A stretch of DNA of 64,000 nt, from NCBI RefSeq assembly GCF_036321535.1, contig NC_087437.1, positions 16,618,001 to 16,682,000 of the forward strand, read 5' to 3'. The translations under genes and the position numbers were made by a program. Source of the stretch: Camelus dromedarius. Lineage: Eukaryota. A model generated the notes under the pieces. It did no database searches. It worked only from the letters and a program-made list of their open reading frames with translations, and was not told where the DNA came from. Positions within the stretch are counted from its first letter, which is position 1. Every line of letters begins with the position of its first letter. Shown piece after piece: positions 21,630 through 34,255 of this stretch.

Positions 21630-22522
21630 TGTGCTCTTACAGCAGAATCAAAATCACAAGGTGTGCCAAATGCTGACTGGTAAATGAGGGGTGGGCTGGA
21701 GTTGGGAAATCATCACTTTGCAACCACCAGAGCAAAGATTGGTCCAAGCAAGGATCATCAATGGTTGCTAAATCTGGAGGGAATTGTTAACAAGGAGGAG
21801 AATATCTTCATGGTCTTAAAAGGTTCTCCTGAAAGGTGAGTGGGGAGCAAAATTAGCATCACCAAGGAGAGGCAGAGGGACTTTGTGTGCCTCCAGAATG
21901 ATGCTGTCTGAAGGTTATGCCTACACTGTAGCCTGAAGCTAACCATCAAGAAACATCAGACAAACCAAAAATGAAGCACATTCTATTTTTTTTTTAAAGA
22001 AAGAGGTCTGAATTCTTCAAAAATGCCAATGTCTTTGAAGACAAAGAAAGGCTATAGAAATGTTCCAGATAAAGAGACTAAAAAACATGACAACTAATTG
22101 CAGTGCTAATCTGGATCCATTACTGGAAGGGGAGAAAAAGCTGCAAAGGACATTATTGGGTCAACTGAAAAAACTGGAATATAGTAGGTAGATTAGATCA
22201 AAATATTGTATCAGTGTTAAATTGAGTGAAATTGATCCCTGCAGCGTGGTCAAGAGGCTATTCTTAGTCTTAGGAAATACACGCTGAGGGATTCAGCAGT
22301 AAAGGGCAATGAGGTATACAACCTTCATTCAGACAGTTCAGAAAAAAATTATGTGTGTGTATGTACGTGTTGATAGAAAGTATTTAGCACTCACAAATGG
22401 TAAAGCAAATCCAGCAAACTGTTAAAATACATGAATATGGGCAAAGAATATATGGGTGATCTGTGTTCTATTTCTATTCTTGCAACTTTACTGTAAGTTT
22501 AAAATTATTTCCAAAAAAGTTA
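21630..22522 (+). mobile_element. Old LINE-1 3' UTR (L1MC/L1ME-type)
   Basis: catcaatggttgctaaatctgg, tgttccagataaagagactaaaaaacatgacaactaa and aaggacattattgggtcaactg; ends tattcttgcaactttactgtaagtttaaaattatttccaaa. Confidence 0.8.
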
Positions 22523-22529
22523 ACACCAA

Positions 22530-22571
<42 letters not shown>

Positions 22572-22579
22572 ACACACAC
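22530..22579. repeat. (CA)n microsatellite
   Basis: About 25 CA units with one TA interruption, directly after the L1 tail. Confidence 0.95.
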
Positions 22580-23827
22580 GAAAGCTTGTGAGGAAAAACT
22601 CAAGGATAGAAAGAGGACCAACCAGCTCCATCCTTAACTCTCTCCCAGGGAGGACCCCTGTCTTTACTTACCCTAGAGATGACCACTGACACCATAACTG
22701 CTGGTGGCAGTTTGTTCTTCCTACCTCTCTTGGCTTAGATTTTAATAAGTATCTTTTTTCTCTTAGTCCAGCAGAGACAAAAGTGAAAACATCTTCTGAA
22801 CTTCCAGGTTTTAAAAAAATTCTAGGGGAAAAGAACCAAAAACAATAGAAAGCACAAGTACAAACAGAGGCAAGGTTACAGGCAGATTTCTCATCTTTAA
22901 ATCATCAAACACTTGTCAAAATTGAGAGGTCATCATTTACTACACTCACCTAAGTTTGCCTCACCTCCAACTTACTTGACTTGCCCAAAGTTAGCATGCC
23001 TCATCTATTTTTCTCAGCTAAGTTTGGGCCCAGATCCACTAGTGACCATTTGACCTTTGTAGCCAGTGCCACAAAGAATTCACAAAGAATTCAGCCCAGA
23101 ATTCTCTCTGCCTCATACAAACGACCTCTCTTTCCATAACATCTGGTTTATGTGATCAGAAATGAGGTATAGCTCCTCATTGCCTGCCCTCAAGAGCTAA
23201 GTAATTATCTTAATGTCCTAACATAAGGTGATGAGTGTTTTGCCCTAACTCATGAATTGTGCAAGAATGAACTACTGTTATGTTTGATTGATTGTGGCTT
23301 GATTTTTGATGAGGTGAATTTGAGGATTATTGAATGCTGCTTACAGTCCCTAATAAAAATCTTTATTCTTTTCGCTTAAAACGAGTCAGTGTGCTATTGA
23401 ACCAATAAGCTCCCATTTATGGTCTACTGAGGGGTCTGCAGTCCTCAGCCCATTGGCAGAACAGAGATGATGGACATACTCAGGGCCCTGTGACCCTCCT
23501 GGGTCAGGTGCCATCTCAGCCCACTTGTCCAAGAGCTCCAGAAGACACTTTGAAGGGCTCATGCCTGCCCCATTACTGCTGCCACATTCCCACTATCACC
23601 CACACCCACCCCTTCATCTCCACTGCTAAGGACACAGGAAAAAAATGAAAAGATGTGTAGCCATGCAGGGGCTCAATATGCATATGACCAGAGAGGAGAC
23701 CCCATTAGATCCCAGACCTCCTCAGCCCAGATGCCTCTTTCTCAGATCCAGTCTAACATTGTTCTCAAACCTAGTCTCTTTCAGTATGGCTTTCCAAGAA
23801 GTCTGTTTTGTGTCTAAGTTGAGTTTT

Positions 23828-24175
23828 ATATCAGTTATGGTAGGCTAAATTGCTTTAGCAAAGGTATTCACAAATGTAAACGCTCAAATCACATAACAAT
23901 CCAAGGCAAGCATTTCTTCAGGAAGCTCTTCATCACATACTGACTCAGGGACTCAGGCTCCTTCCAATTTGTGGCTAAACCATCCTCTCAAGCCTCATCT
24001 TTCTCTGCAACCTCTGCATCTAGCTGCTGAAAAGGGAAAGAACCAAGAGAAGCTTCACCTGCCTGTTAAAGGCCACAGCTTAGAAGTGGTACACATCACT
24101 TCCACTCATATCATTGGTGAGAACTGGTCACATGGCCCCAACTGCTGCAAGAGAGTATGGGAATTGTAGTCAATT
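23828..24175 (-). mobile_element. Old MaLR LTR (MLT1-like)
   Basis: tgactcagggactcaggctccttccaatttgtggct...agaagtggtacacatcacttccactcatatcattggtgagaactggtcacatggcccc. Confidence 0.7.
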
Positions 24176-24734
24176 GTAAGTTTGTTTTCTTTTCTTTGTT
24201 TGTTTGTTTTCACTTTGAAAATTTCTTTTTTGGGGAGAAGCAATTTTCCTTTTTTTTTTTTAACTTAAATAAATTGGTACAAAATAGACTTTAGAAAATT
24301 AGTTACAAATTGTAGTAAAAGACTCCCCTTCCACAGGCTGCTTCCTGTGACTCAGTTATGGAAGAGAAATTTTCACAGGCAGCCTGCAAACCTGGCCACG
24401 GACTTTAAACAAAGAAAGGGGAAAGTTTGGTTAATGGAAATAACTTAGGAAAAGAAACGGAAAAACTCTGAAAGTTTCTTTATTTCAATTACTTTTTTCT
24501 TTTGAATTATTTTGGTGTTTGTTTATTTTCAAGGAAATCTATGCTTAGAATTATGTTCACATAATTATTTGTATTCTTTATTCTTAATCTGTTTACTAAA
24601 AATGTTAAGCAGGTATTAGATTCAAAGAGAGAGAAAGAATGGTATTGACTTTTGCTCAAGGCCAATGTAAATATTGTAGGCCAAGATACATTGCCAGGCA
24701 AAAAATCAGAAAATCTGGGGAAGTCTGGTTTTCC

Positions 24735-25228
24735 CATAGATCTGGCCCCTGACTCCCTCACCAGTTTCATTTTCCACCCATTTTCCCCTCTTGTGTCATA
24801 CTCTAGCCCCACTACCTTACTTACTCTTCCTAGAAGAATCCAAGCATTCTCTTTCTCCATGCCATTAGCATCTTCTCTCTCTTCCAGATGTTTACAGGGC
24901 TTGCCTTCTTATGTAATTCAGGTCACCTAACAAATGTGGCCACTATGAAAAAGCATTTCCTGACTTTTCTACTCAATATAAAACAGTATTCTTTCCTGAA
25001 CCCTCACATCACTCCTATTCTTTCACTCTGCTTTTCCTTCATAATGCTTATTGCTACTGCAATATATTATTTATTTATTTATTTATTTAGCTTGGAAACA
25101 TCTTCCTCACTAGCATGTAAACTACACGTAGGCAAGATCTTTGCTTTCTTTGTTGCTGTATCACCAGCAACTTAGACATGCTTGGCACAAATTAGATGCT
25201 CTGAAATTATTTATTGGATAAATGAATA
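24735..25228 (+). mobile_element. LINE-2 3' region
   Basis: gatctggcccctgactccctc...cttcctcactagcatgtaaact...cttagacatgcttggcaca...ttattggataaatgaat. Confidence 0.75.
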
Positions 25229-25275
25229 TATTTGATCAGTTATGGTCACAACCACAAAAATAAATACTGTTCAAA

Positions 25276-26104
25276 AAAGAAGAAAAAGGGAGGAAAAGAC
25301 CTACAAAAGATTGCTTTGGCAGTTTGGGGTCTTTTATGGTTCCATATAAATTTTGGAATTGTTTGTTCTAGGCCTGTGAAAAATGTGAGTATTTTGATAG
25401 AGGCTGCATTGTATCTGTAGATTGCTTTGGGTAGTATGACTATTTTGATAATGTTGATTCTTCCAATCCAAGAGCACAAGATATCTTTTCATTTCTTTGT
25501 ATCATCTTCAATTTCTTTCATCAATGTTTTACAGTTCTCAGAGTATAGGTAACCTCTTTGGTTAAGTTCATTTCTAGGTATTTTGTTGTTTTTGATGCAA
25601 CGGAAATGTTTATGCCAGTTATAAAATTCTGGTTTCTGAAGTGAAAAAAAAAGTGAATGAAAGGCTGCAAATGGCAAAATGCCCTTCTTTCTTGTGGGTG
25701 AGTTATATTCCATTACATATATATGCTGCATCTTCTTTGTCCATTCATCTATTGATGTGCATTTAGGATGCTTCCATATCTTGGCGATTATAAATAATGT
25801 TGCTGTTAATAGCAGAGTGTATGTATCTTTTTGAATTAATTCTTATCTTGTGGTTGGCTTTATTCCTTTGATAACTATGAAAGTTTAAAAAGCTAAAGCT
25901 CAAAACGTATTTAGAAACAATGAACAATACATATATGTAAAATTTTTAAATATGTGCAATATATTGTGTATATTTATTTACATGCAATATATTGTACATG
26001 TGCAGTCAAATTGTAACAATTCTACCTATTAAAACTAAAAATGAAAAAATAGAATAAAACTAAATTAAATGGTTGAAAATAAATAAATAAATAAACAAAT
26101 AAAT
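25276..26104 (+). mobile_element. Composite retroposed insertion: antisense L1 fragments, non-L1 sequence, AATAAA and A-tail, with 18-bp TSD
   Basis: TSD aaataaatactgttcaaa at 25258-25275 and 26105-26122. AATAAA at 26053-26058. A-rich tail from 26076. Antisense L1 ORF2 pieces at ~25305-25605 and ~25662-25840. Confidence 0.7.
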
Positions 26105-26199
26105 AAATAAATACTGTTCAAACCACATCAATATTTAAAAGTTCACACAAAAAAGGGGGCTCTTTTGTTGCTCTAGTTTTTTTTTTTTACCATGTTTTA

Positions 26200-27400
26200 A
26201 ATGGATGACAACTGAAGTTGGTCCCTTTCCTTACATCATACACAAAAATTAACTCCAAATTGATCATAGGCACAAATGTAAGAGCTAAAACTATAAAACA
26301 CTTAGAAGAAAACATAGAAATAAATCTTCATGACATTGGATTAGGCAATGGCTTCTTAGATATGATACCAAAAGCATAAGTGATCAAAGAAAAAATGGAT
26401 AAATTGCACATCATCAAACTTTTAAAAAGCTTTCATTCTTCGAAAGACATCATTAAGAAAGTGTAAAGACAGCATACACATAAAGTGAGAAATGTTTTTG
26501 AGTCATATATCTGCAAAGGATTTATATAAAGAATGCAAAGAACACTTACAACTCAACAATAAAAAGACTAATAACCCAATTTAAAATGGCCAAAGGATCA
26601 GAAAAAGCATTTCTCCAGAGAAGATACACAAATAGCCAATAAGTACATGAAAAGACGCTCAACATCATTAACCATCACAGAAATACAAATCAAAACAGCA
26701 TGAGATACCACTTAAGGCCCACTTAGAATGACTTCAGTCAAAAGACAAGAGTTGGTGAGGATATGGAGAAACTGGACCCTCACTGGTGATGGGAATGTAA
26801 AATGTAAAATTTCAGCCACTTTGGAAAACGATTTGGCAATTCCTCAAAATGCTAAATATACAGTTATCATATAACCCAGCCAATCCATTCCTGAATATAT
26901 ACCCAAGAAAGATAAAATTATTTAGCCACACAAAAAATTATACATGAATGTTTATAGCAGCTTTATTCATAATAACCAAAAAGTAGAAACAACCCAAATA
27001 CCCATTAGCTAATGAACGGATAAATAAAACATGGTATGCACACACACAATGAAATATTATTAAGCAATATAAAGAAATGAAGCACTAGTACATGCTACAT
27101 TATGGATGAACTTTGGAAACCTCATGCTAAGTTAGAGAAGCCAGCCACAAAAGACCACATGTTGTAGGATTCCATTTACATGAAATGTCCAGAATAGGCA
27201 AATCTATAGAGACAGAAGGTATTTAATGGTTGTATATGGCTGGAGGAGTTGGGAGGCATGGGGAATGATTGCTGATAAGTATGGGGTTCCTTTTTGGAGT
27301 GATGAAATTTATCCAGCAGACTTACACGACTCTGTGAACCTACCAAAAACCATTAAATTATACACTTCCAATAGGGGAACTGTATGATGTGTGAATTAGA
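26200..27400 (+). mobile_element. LINE-1 (L1MB-like) ORF2 3' end and 3' UTR
   Basis: catacacaaaaattaactccaaa, cttagaagaaaacataga, atgtttatagcagctttattcataata, gattccatttacatgaaatgtccagaataggcaaatctatagagacagaa. Confidence 0.9.
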
Positions 27401-27514
27401 CATTTTTCTGTAAGTAATGAGCCCTAAGTAATTATCCCTTGTTTCAGGGACAGAATTAAACCCATATCACATTTACATTGTTGATACTTGACCTAAGCCA
27501 CCTGCAATGTTCTA

Positions 27515-27660
27515 GAGGTGTGGTTGAAAAATTGTGGTCCCTGAACCAGCGACATCAGCATCCTCAGTAGTTGATTGGAAGAGTCTTTGGCCTCGCTCCA
27601 GACCTACTGAATCAGAAACTGGGGTGATTCTGATGCTCACTAAAGTGCTAAAGCCACTTC
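27515..27660. mobile_element. MER5A-like element, internally deleted
   Basis: tgtggtccctgaaccagcgacatcagcatc...ccagacctactgaatcagaaact...gtgattctgatgc. Confidence 0.7.
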
Positions 27661-29161
27661 TCTGGACAAGGAGGAAACTAAGATCTCTTTCCCTGGGAAA
27701 AGTTTGACTGTACAAAATTCCAACCCACCTCCACCCTCAGGATATTGAATGGACCACTTTCTTTTTAAGTTAAGAGTCAAGGCTACTCTGCTCTTTTCCT
27801 CTCCTCTTTCCCCACCCGTACTGTTAAGCTATATCGCAACCCACCCCCAGATCTCTGAATTCCTTTCTCTATGTGGCCAGAAGTCACACCCCAATGTGTA
27901 GGTTCGGGGGAGGCTAGGAGATTCCACTTGTCACTTAGTCTTGAGACCTCAAGCATATGGACAACTTGGTCTCTTACCAAAGCATGCTGTGTTGTTGCAT
28001 TGGGCATTTGATTCCCAATTTGTTATTGTTGTTTGTTTAAACAGCTCCCTTGAGACTCAGTGGGGATAGATGGTGCTTCTCGGGCCAGGATGGCTGAATG
28101 ACCTCATAATAGCACCAGCATTTCACTCTTAGTCCCAAGCACCACCGGCCTGATATTTAGCATATTTCCAGCACAGATACCACATTTACCCAACTTACCA
28201 AACACATACCCCTCTTACACCAACCTACTTCGTTTACCCACACCCCCACCTACATGATCAACGTGGTCAGGGAACAGCCACATATAGTGGCCTTTATGTG
28301 CACACTGGGGTTTGCTGGCAAGTTCAAGGGCATGGGCAGTTGGTCTAGGGTCTCAGAGAGTCAGTAGCAGAACCCTGTGGCCTTCAGCAGCATAGCTCCA
28401 GGCTTATTCCTTACCAAAAAATCAACCCCTTATCTAAGAACTATGGTCACCCGCCCTCACATGGGTCATACCAGGGTTGAACAGGTGACTTCCATCAGCC
28501 ATGCTAAATGTGCACGCAATTTGTGTGTATATAATATATCCAGAGATGTGGAAATGAATCTCTCACAGGCTACTTTTCTGCAGCAGGAAACAGAAATAGA
28601 GAAAAACTTAACAACTGCAAACCCAGAGCCAAGTTATCAGAAACGAAATTAAAGCTGTTGGGTATTTTTGTTGAAACATCTCTACCTCTGAAATCTAATT
28701 TCTTGCAACTTTCCATATAGGATTCTGTGTTGTATTATTTATAAGAAAATAATATTCTGCCCTCCCTTGACAGCATTTCCTGGCTGCAGAAACCACGGCA
28801 GCCATGAAGTAACGGAATGATTTTGGTAATGTTTCCATAGCTACCTTGCTTCGAAGTGAGGTTTATTCTGCTTTAAAGTCTACTGACCTATTCACATCCC
28901 TGTTTGGAGTATTTTCAACCTAATCCCTTGTCTGGCTATTGTTGTATAATATTCTTGTTATTCCTATATTTAAGGAGGTTCTGGATGCATAAAATATATG
29001 GTAAGCAGTCCTTCTGGTTAGACATAACACTGTGATGGGTCTGGGGTTTTTTTCCCCCTTTTTTCTATTCCTTTGCGATCTGATATGTATTCGTTCTATC
29101 CTGCCCTTGCAACCAGAAACCTTCCCGGGGTTTTCGGAGGTAAAGGTTGTTTAAGGTGTGC

Positions 29162-29180
29162 TGGTGCCCTCTTGTGGTCA
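29162..29180 (-). promoter_or_regulatory. Candidate CTCF binding site
   Basis: The minus strand reads TGACCACAAGAGGGCACCA. Its core CCACAAGAGGGCAC differs from CCASYAGRKGGCRS at one position. It lies in repeat-free sequence. Motif match only. Confidence 0.45.
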
Positions 29181-29732
29181 TTCTGGTCTTATGGTTTCTT
29201 CCCAAAAGCCTATTCTACAGACAATTGATTTTTCAAGAAAGTAATGAGAAAGACAAATGCTATTGCTAATTGTCATAGGTGTCCTTGTATCCGTGTCGTT
29301 TGCCACCTGCAGGCATAAGGGTCTGTCTAGAAAGACTGGCAACCTCTCCTGAGTGGCAGTGTAACCTTGATGGTTACAAGCCTCTGCTGTTTCTCCTAAG
29401 GCCTTATTGCAGAAGAACACTGCTCAAGGGGTAGGGCAGGAGAAGTGACCTGGGACACACCTGGAAGAAGATGGCACACCAAATGACTCTTAGAAAGGCC
29501 CTGTAATGAAGGCAACCCACAGAGCGGAGGATGGGGCTTCACCTCAACAGAACATAGCCCGTCCTCAAAAAAAAGAGAGCTAGGTGGTAACACATGCCTT
29601 TTTAAAAGCTGAAAATATAAAGCTCCAGTTCTGGGTGAGAAATCAAGACAAAGCAGCCAATAAAATTATAATTGATTCAATGCAACTAACTTTTATTCAA
29701 TAAACCTAAGAGAGAGTGCATGATGCATAGTT

Positions 29733-29900
29733 CCAGCATTGTCCAGTAGAACCTTCTGCAATAGTGGAAATGTTTTCTATACATACTGCCCAGTACGGTA
29801 ACCACTGGCTGCATGGGCTATTAAGCATTTGAAATGTAGGGAATTTAATTTTTTATTTTAATTAATTTAAATAGGCACAAGTGGCTATTGGACAGCACCG
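29733..29900 (+). mobile_element. MER3 DNA transposon
   Basis: cagcattgtccagtagaaccttctgcaatagtggaaatgtt...gtggctattggacagcac. Confidence 0.85.
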
Positions 29901-29904
29901 GTCT

Positions 29905-30240
29905 TAAAAGACAGGTAAGACTAGAACACAGGCAACTACAGTAGCATCAGAGTTTTAATATAAGGAAGTACAAATAAAGTTCCCTGATGGGAGGGATGAG
30001 TAGAGATGATCATAGGAGGTTCCTAAAGCCTTGAAGAATGGGTTGATCTTACTAGGGAGAGGTGATAAGGAGAGCATTCCAGGTGGCAGGAACAGCATGT
30101 GCAAAGGCATGGAGGTGGGAAACTGTAAGTAAATATCCAAGGAACAGAGGTGTGGAGAAAGGAACACTAGAAGCATTGATTCGAACAAGGAATATGAAGC
30201 CTTGAATGCCTTGAAAGTTATGTTGGTTAAAATCAATAGT
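29905..30240 (-). mobile_element. LINE-2 fragment
   Basis: gagagcattccaggtggcaggaacagcatgtgcaaaggcatggaggtgggaaa. Confidence 0.7.
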
Positions 30241-31182
30241 CAGTGGAACCTGAAACAAGCCCTCTACTAAAGAGGCTTGGAGGAGAAATGAGAGCCTGCT
30301 GTAACACTAGGGAATCTGAGGTTCCAGGGGGCCAAGGGCTCTGTTGGCAGAGCCACTGAATGTTAGCTGTTGTTATCAGAATTCTGGGTTAGGCTGATTA
30401 GGCTAATGGCTGTGTGTGGAGGGAGGTGGGAGGAGGACCTTAAAGCAGAATAACAGTAGGAAACCGTTGCAACAGTTGGTCCAGGGAGAAACATGGAGGG
30501 TCTTCATGAGGCTGAGGGACTGAGTGGTCCCACCTGGGCCCCCTAGTCTCCCACACATGTCAGAAGTGCCATGCTTTTGTAACCCCAGTGGAGCCAAAGA
30601 CCAGGGTCTCAGAGCAGTGTCACACCCTAAGACACGCCACCCAGCAATCAAAAAGTAATTTCAAAATAACTTGAGGTGCTTCCAGCATCTCTCAAATACC
30701 TATGGGCTGCCTCAGACCACACTCTTGCACCCTAAGGGCCCTGGCACTCAAAGAAATTCTCTTTCTTCTCTCCTCCACTTCCCTCATGCCCCACAGCTGC
30801 TCCCACATCTCTCTCCAAAGCTGCCTGGAAAGCTCCACCATCACTGGACCCTGAACCTCCTGTCTTTCCGCCCTTTCCTTTTCTTCTCATCTCTCCAGCT
30901 CTCTCTCCATCCCCCACTGTCCATTTTCTGCCCCTCTAAACTAAGAAATTAGTCCCCTCCTTGTGCAGAGGAGAGCAATAAACAGGATCCAAAGTCAGAA
31001 CAATCTTTAAGTGGCAGGGGAGAGTAAAAGCTGGGAATTTTCGTAGATTCACCCAATCTCCCCCTCCAACCCCCTGCAAAAAAAGCTATCTGATATATAA
31101 ATGGATGCTGTAGGGACTCCAGCAGTTCAATGTCTCCCTCTCTTCACCTCCACCCCTGCTTTTCTCCCCAATCTTTTCCTAT

Positions 31183-31365
31183 AGTATTTCAAAGTAGGAT
31201 CCTCAGACCAGCAAGGCTGTATCAGATGGGTGCCCATGAAAAATGCAAATTCACAAGCCCCACTCCAATCTACTGAATTATGACCTCTGGGGAAAGGGCC
31301 CAGGAAATTGTTTTAATGTGCCTGCCAGGAGAGTCGTATCACATTAAATTTTAGGAATCACTGCT
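31183..31365. mobile_element. MER5-family element
   Basis: ttcaaagtaggatcctcagaccagc...aaaatgcaaattcacaagccccactccaatctactgaat...aaattttaggaatcactgct. Confidence 0.65.
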
Positions 31366-32429
31366 CTCACAGATTTGAGAGCCATTACTTTCTTGTACCT
31401 GTGGGGTGCTACAGAGTGAACTTGACTGGATTTATCAGCCCCTTCTAATAAATCTTTTAGACTAGGTAATGGGAAGTTTCCCAGACAGAGACATACCCAT
31501 ATTCATACTTAAGTCTTCCTCCCTACAAGAGTCTTGGCTAAGGCAGTTTCTTACCCCCTCCCCCACTCCTCTACACATTATGGCTCATGAAAGGAGTTGG
31601 AGTCACACTGGAGTCAACACAAGGTGATGTCCAGCAGAGAGGCCCAGTCCTGGACTCTGGAGAGGGCAGTATGCCTAGAGATAAGATTTCCCTGTTTACC
31701 CTAAAGGAAGCAAGTGTGAGGCCATCTCCTAACAGCCAATTATTGGGTTCCATCTTACCCACACTTGGGCCTTGAAACACCACGAGTAAGAGGCAAAATT
31801 ACTGCCACAGTCTTGCTGGTGGCCTATTCTGCCATGTAAGCAGCACATTAGAGAGATGCAGTTTCTAGTTGAGACCCTAAGCTGCCTCTGAGGACAGGGG
31901 AAGGTAGTCCTTGGATGTGGCTGTTATCATCTGCTGCTTTCCCCCAAATGTGAGCTCATTTGAGAACTTCCTCTAAGTTATGGAAGAAACCACACCCAAA
32001 TCATTTTCTCCTAGCCCCGGGATCTGTATTTGGTTACTTAATCCTGTTCCATGTTAACCATTATTCTGGTCTCCCTTTCTCTTAACAGAAATACTGTTTA
32101 CCTACAGGAAGAGTTGGACTGAACTTCCAAGGTAGTGATGAAGTACTTTATTGTTACTCCCTTGAATTCTTTGGTTCTCCTGACCCTTAGCAGACTGCCT
32201 GTTATAGTACTTGTTTTAGTAAGAATTCAAGCAGAGCATACTTCTTGATTACTGGTGCATGTTAATGAACCCAGCATGGAAATTGTTGTTGTGGTCCACC
32301 GTGCCACACATTCATCTCTGGGCAGCAGGGCAGTTTCTGCCCAAAAAAGTCTATCTTAATGACTAAGGATCTTGAAAATTCTCACATGGAAAATATAGCT
32401 CTCTGCCTTCCATCCATCCCATCCTTAAA

Positions 32430-33800
32430 TTATTTCTGATGCTTTGCATTTTTATTGTTATTCACTTCTAGTATTTCTTTTCTTAGGATTTCTTCTGCCA
32501 CCTCCAAATTACTTACATATGGGCCCTTTAAATTCCCAAATGTATGAAAGCTGTCAGTCACATTTTTATAGATTTCTAACTGAATTGTATTATGATCAGA
32601 AAGTAGAGTCTGCCTGCCAGTAAAGTTTTGATATTTGAAAGCTGTGACCTAGTATCAGGTAAATTTACATATATATAAGTTATATATGTAAATATATATT
32701 TAATAAATATATGTACAAATTTACCTCATAGTAAGTGATAAATTTTTAATCAATTATGTATTATAATATATATCAATTTTATTTATTAATTTTTTAGCTG
32801 CTTAATCCTGTTGTTCAAATCTTCTATATCCTTCACTAGATCATTGTATATTTCATCTATAAAATACTATTTAATATACAGTTCATTGATACAATACTGA
32901 TTATAGCTTTATCATGTTCTTATAATTCTGACAACATGCTTTATATAATCTGAGGCTATGTTATTAGGTGCATACAAGTTTTAAATTATTTCTTCTTATA
33001 GAATTTTTTATCATTATCATTTTGACCTTGTAATACATTTTTAAAATGTATTTTGGTTAGTTGTTCATTTAGCATGTATTTTTTTTATTACTTTCAACTT
33101 TTCTCTGTCTTTGTTTTAAGTATGTCCCTTGTATCCAGATACAGCTAAATTTTAGCAATTAACATCTTAAACAACAAGTTTGGTGCATTTATATTTATTG
33201 TGATTATTGATAATTAGGCTTTAGTTTCATCATCTTATTTTGTCCTTCTACTTATTCTAATTTTTCTATACAAAATTTTCTCCTCTGTTGCCTTTCATTG
33301 GATTGAGTTTCACTTACTCTCTATTCCCCCTGCTACTACTTTATAATTTCCATTTTTTTGTTGTTACTGCTTCTTTAAATTTTAAACAGGCATACTCAAC
33401 ATCTAATATTAGTCAGTATCCATAGTCTCATCCAAACAATACAAAGACCTAAATTTTTTTAACACTGATCATCTATATTATTTCACATGTTAAAGTTGAC
33501 TAGCATTTTAGATACTTCTTGGTCTTACTATTAAATATATTCAGTATTATTATTGTTGTTCTATGTGGCTATTGCTTATTTAGATTTAGTCACATGTCTA
33601 TCAATTTCTTACCTACCATTCCTTCTTGTCTATTATAACTTCCTTTAGGGTTTTCCTTAAGTTCTTTTATTTGTAGTTCTTTCATCAAAGATCTATTAGT
33701 GGTAACTGAGTCAACATTTCTTCTTTGCAAGTATATTTATTTTGCCTTTATTGTTGTAACTTATCTCAACAAAGACTTCCAAATTACTATTTAGTGTCTT
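32430..33800 (-). mobile_element. Very old LINE-1 (L1ME-like) remnant including the ORF2 5' region
   Basis: ttgttcaaatcttctatatcc, tgctttatataatctgaggctatgttattaggtgcatacaagtt and catttatatttattgtgattattgata resemble antisense L1 endonuclease-region sequence. Confidence 0.65.
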
Positions 33801-33804
33801 TCAT

Positions 33805-34255
33805 CATTTTTATTGTGGTACATACATAACATAAAATTTACCATTTTAAACATTTTAAATGTACAATTCAGTGGCATTAAGCACATTCACAATATTGTGT
33901 AACTGTCACTATGATCCATTTCCAGAACTTTTTCATCACCCAAACAGAAACTCTGTACCCATTAAACAATAACTTCTTCCCTTCCTCCAGTCCCTGATAA
34001 CTTCTATTCTACTGTCTGTCTCTTTTAATTGCCTTTTCTAGGTATCTCATATAAGTGGAAACATACAATATTTGTCAATATTAGCATACAATATTAGCAT
34101 AATGTTTTCAAAGTTCATCCATGTTATAGGACGTATCAGAATTTCATCCCTTTTTACAGCTGATTTATATTCTGTGTTGTATATATACCATATTTTGTTT
34201 ACCCGTTCATCTGTTGATGGACACTTAAGTTGTTTCTCAGCATTTTTAGCTATTA
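33805..34255 (-). mobile_element. LINE-1 (L1MB-like) 3' end nested in the older L1
   Basis: tttttattgtggtacatacataacataaaatttaccatttt...tgtacaattcagtggcattaagcacattcacaat. ORF 34047..34319 gives 'KCPSTDERVNKIWYIY'. Confidence 0.9.

Noticed and set aside
28713..28721. CArG-like CCATATAGG
   Set aside because: Only five A/T between CC and GG, so not a CC(A/T)6GG box.
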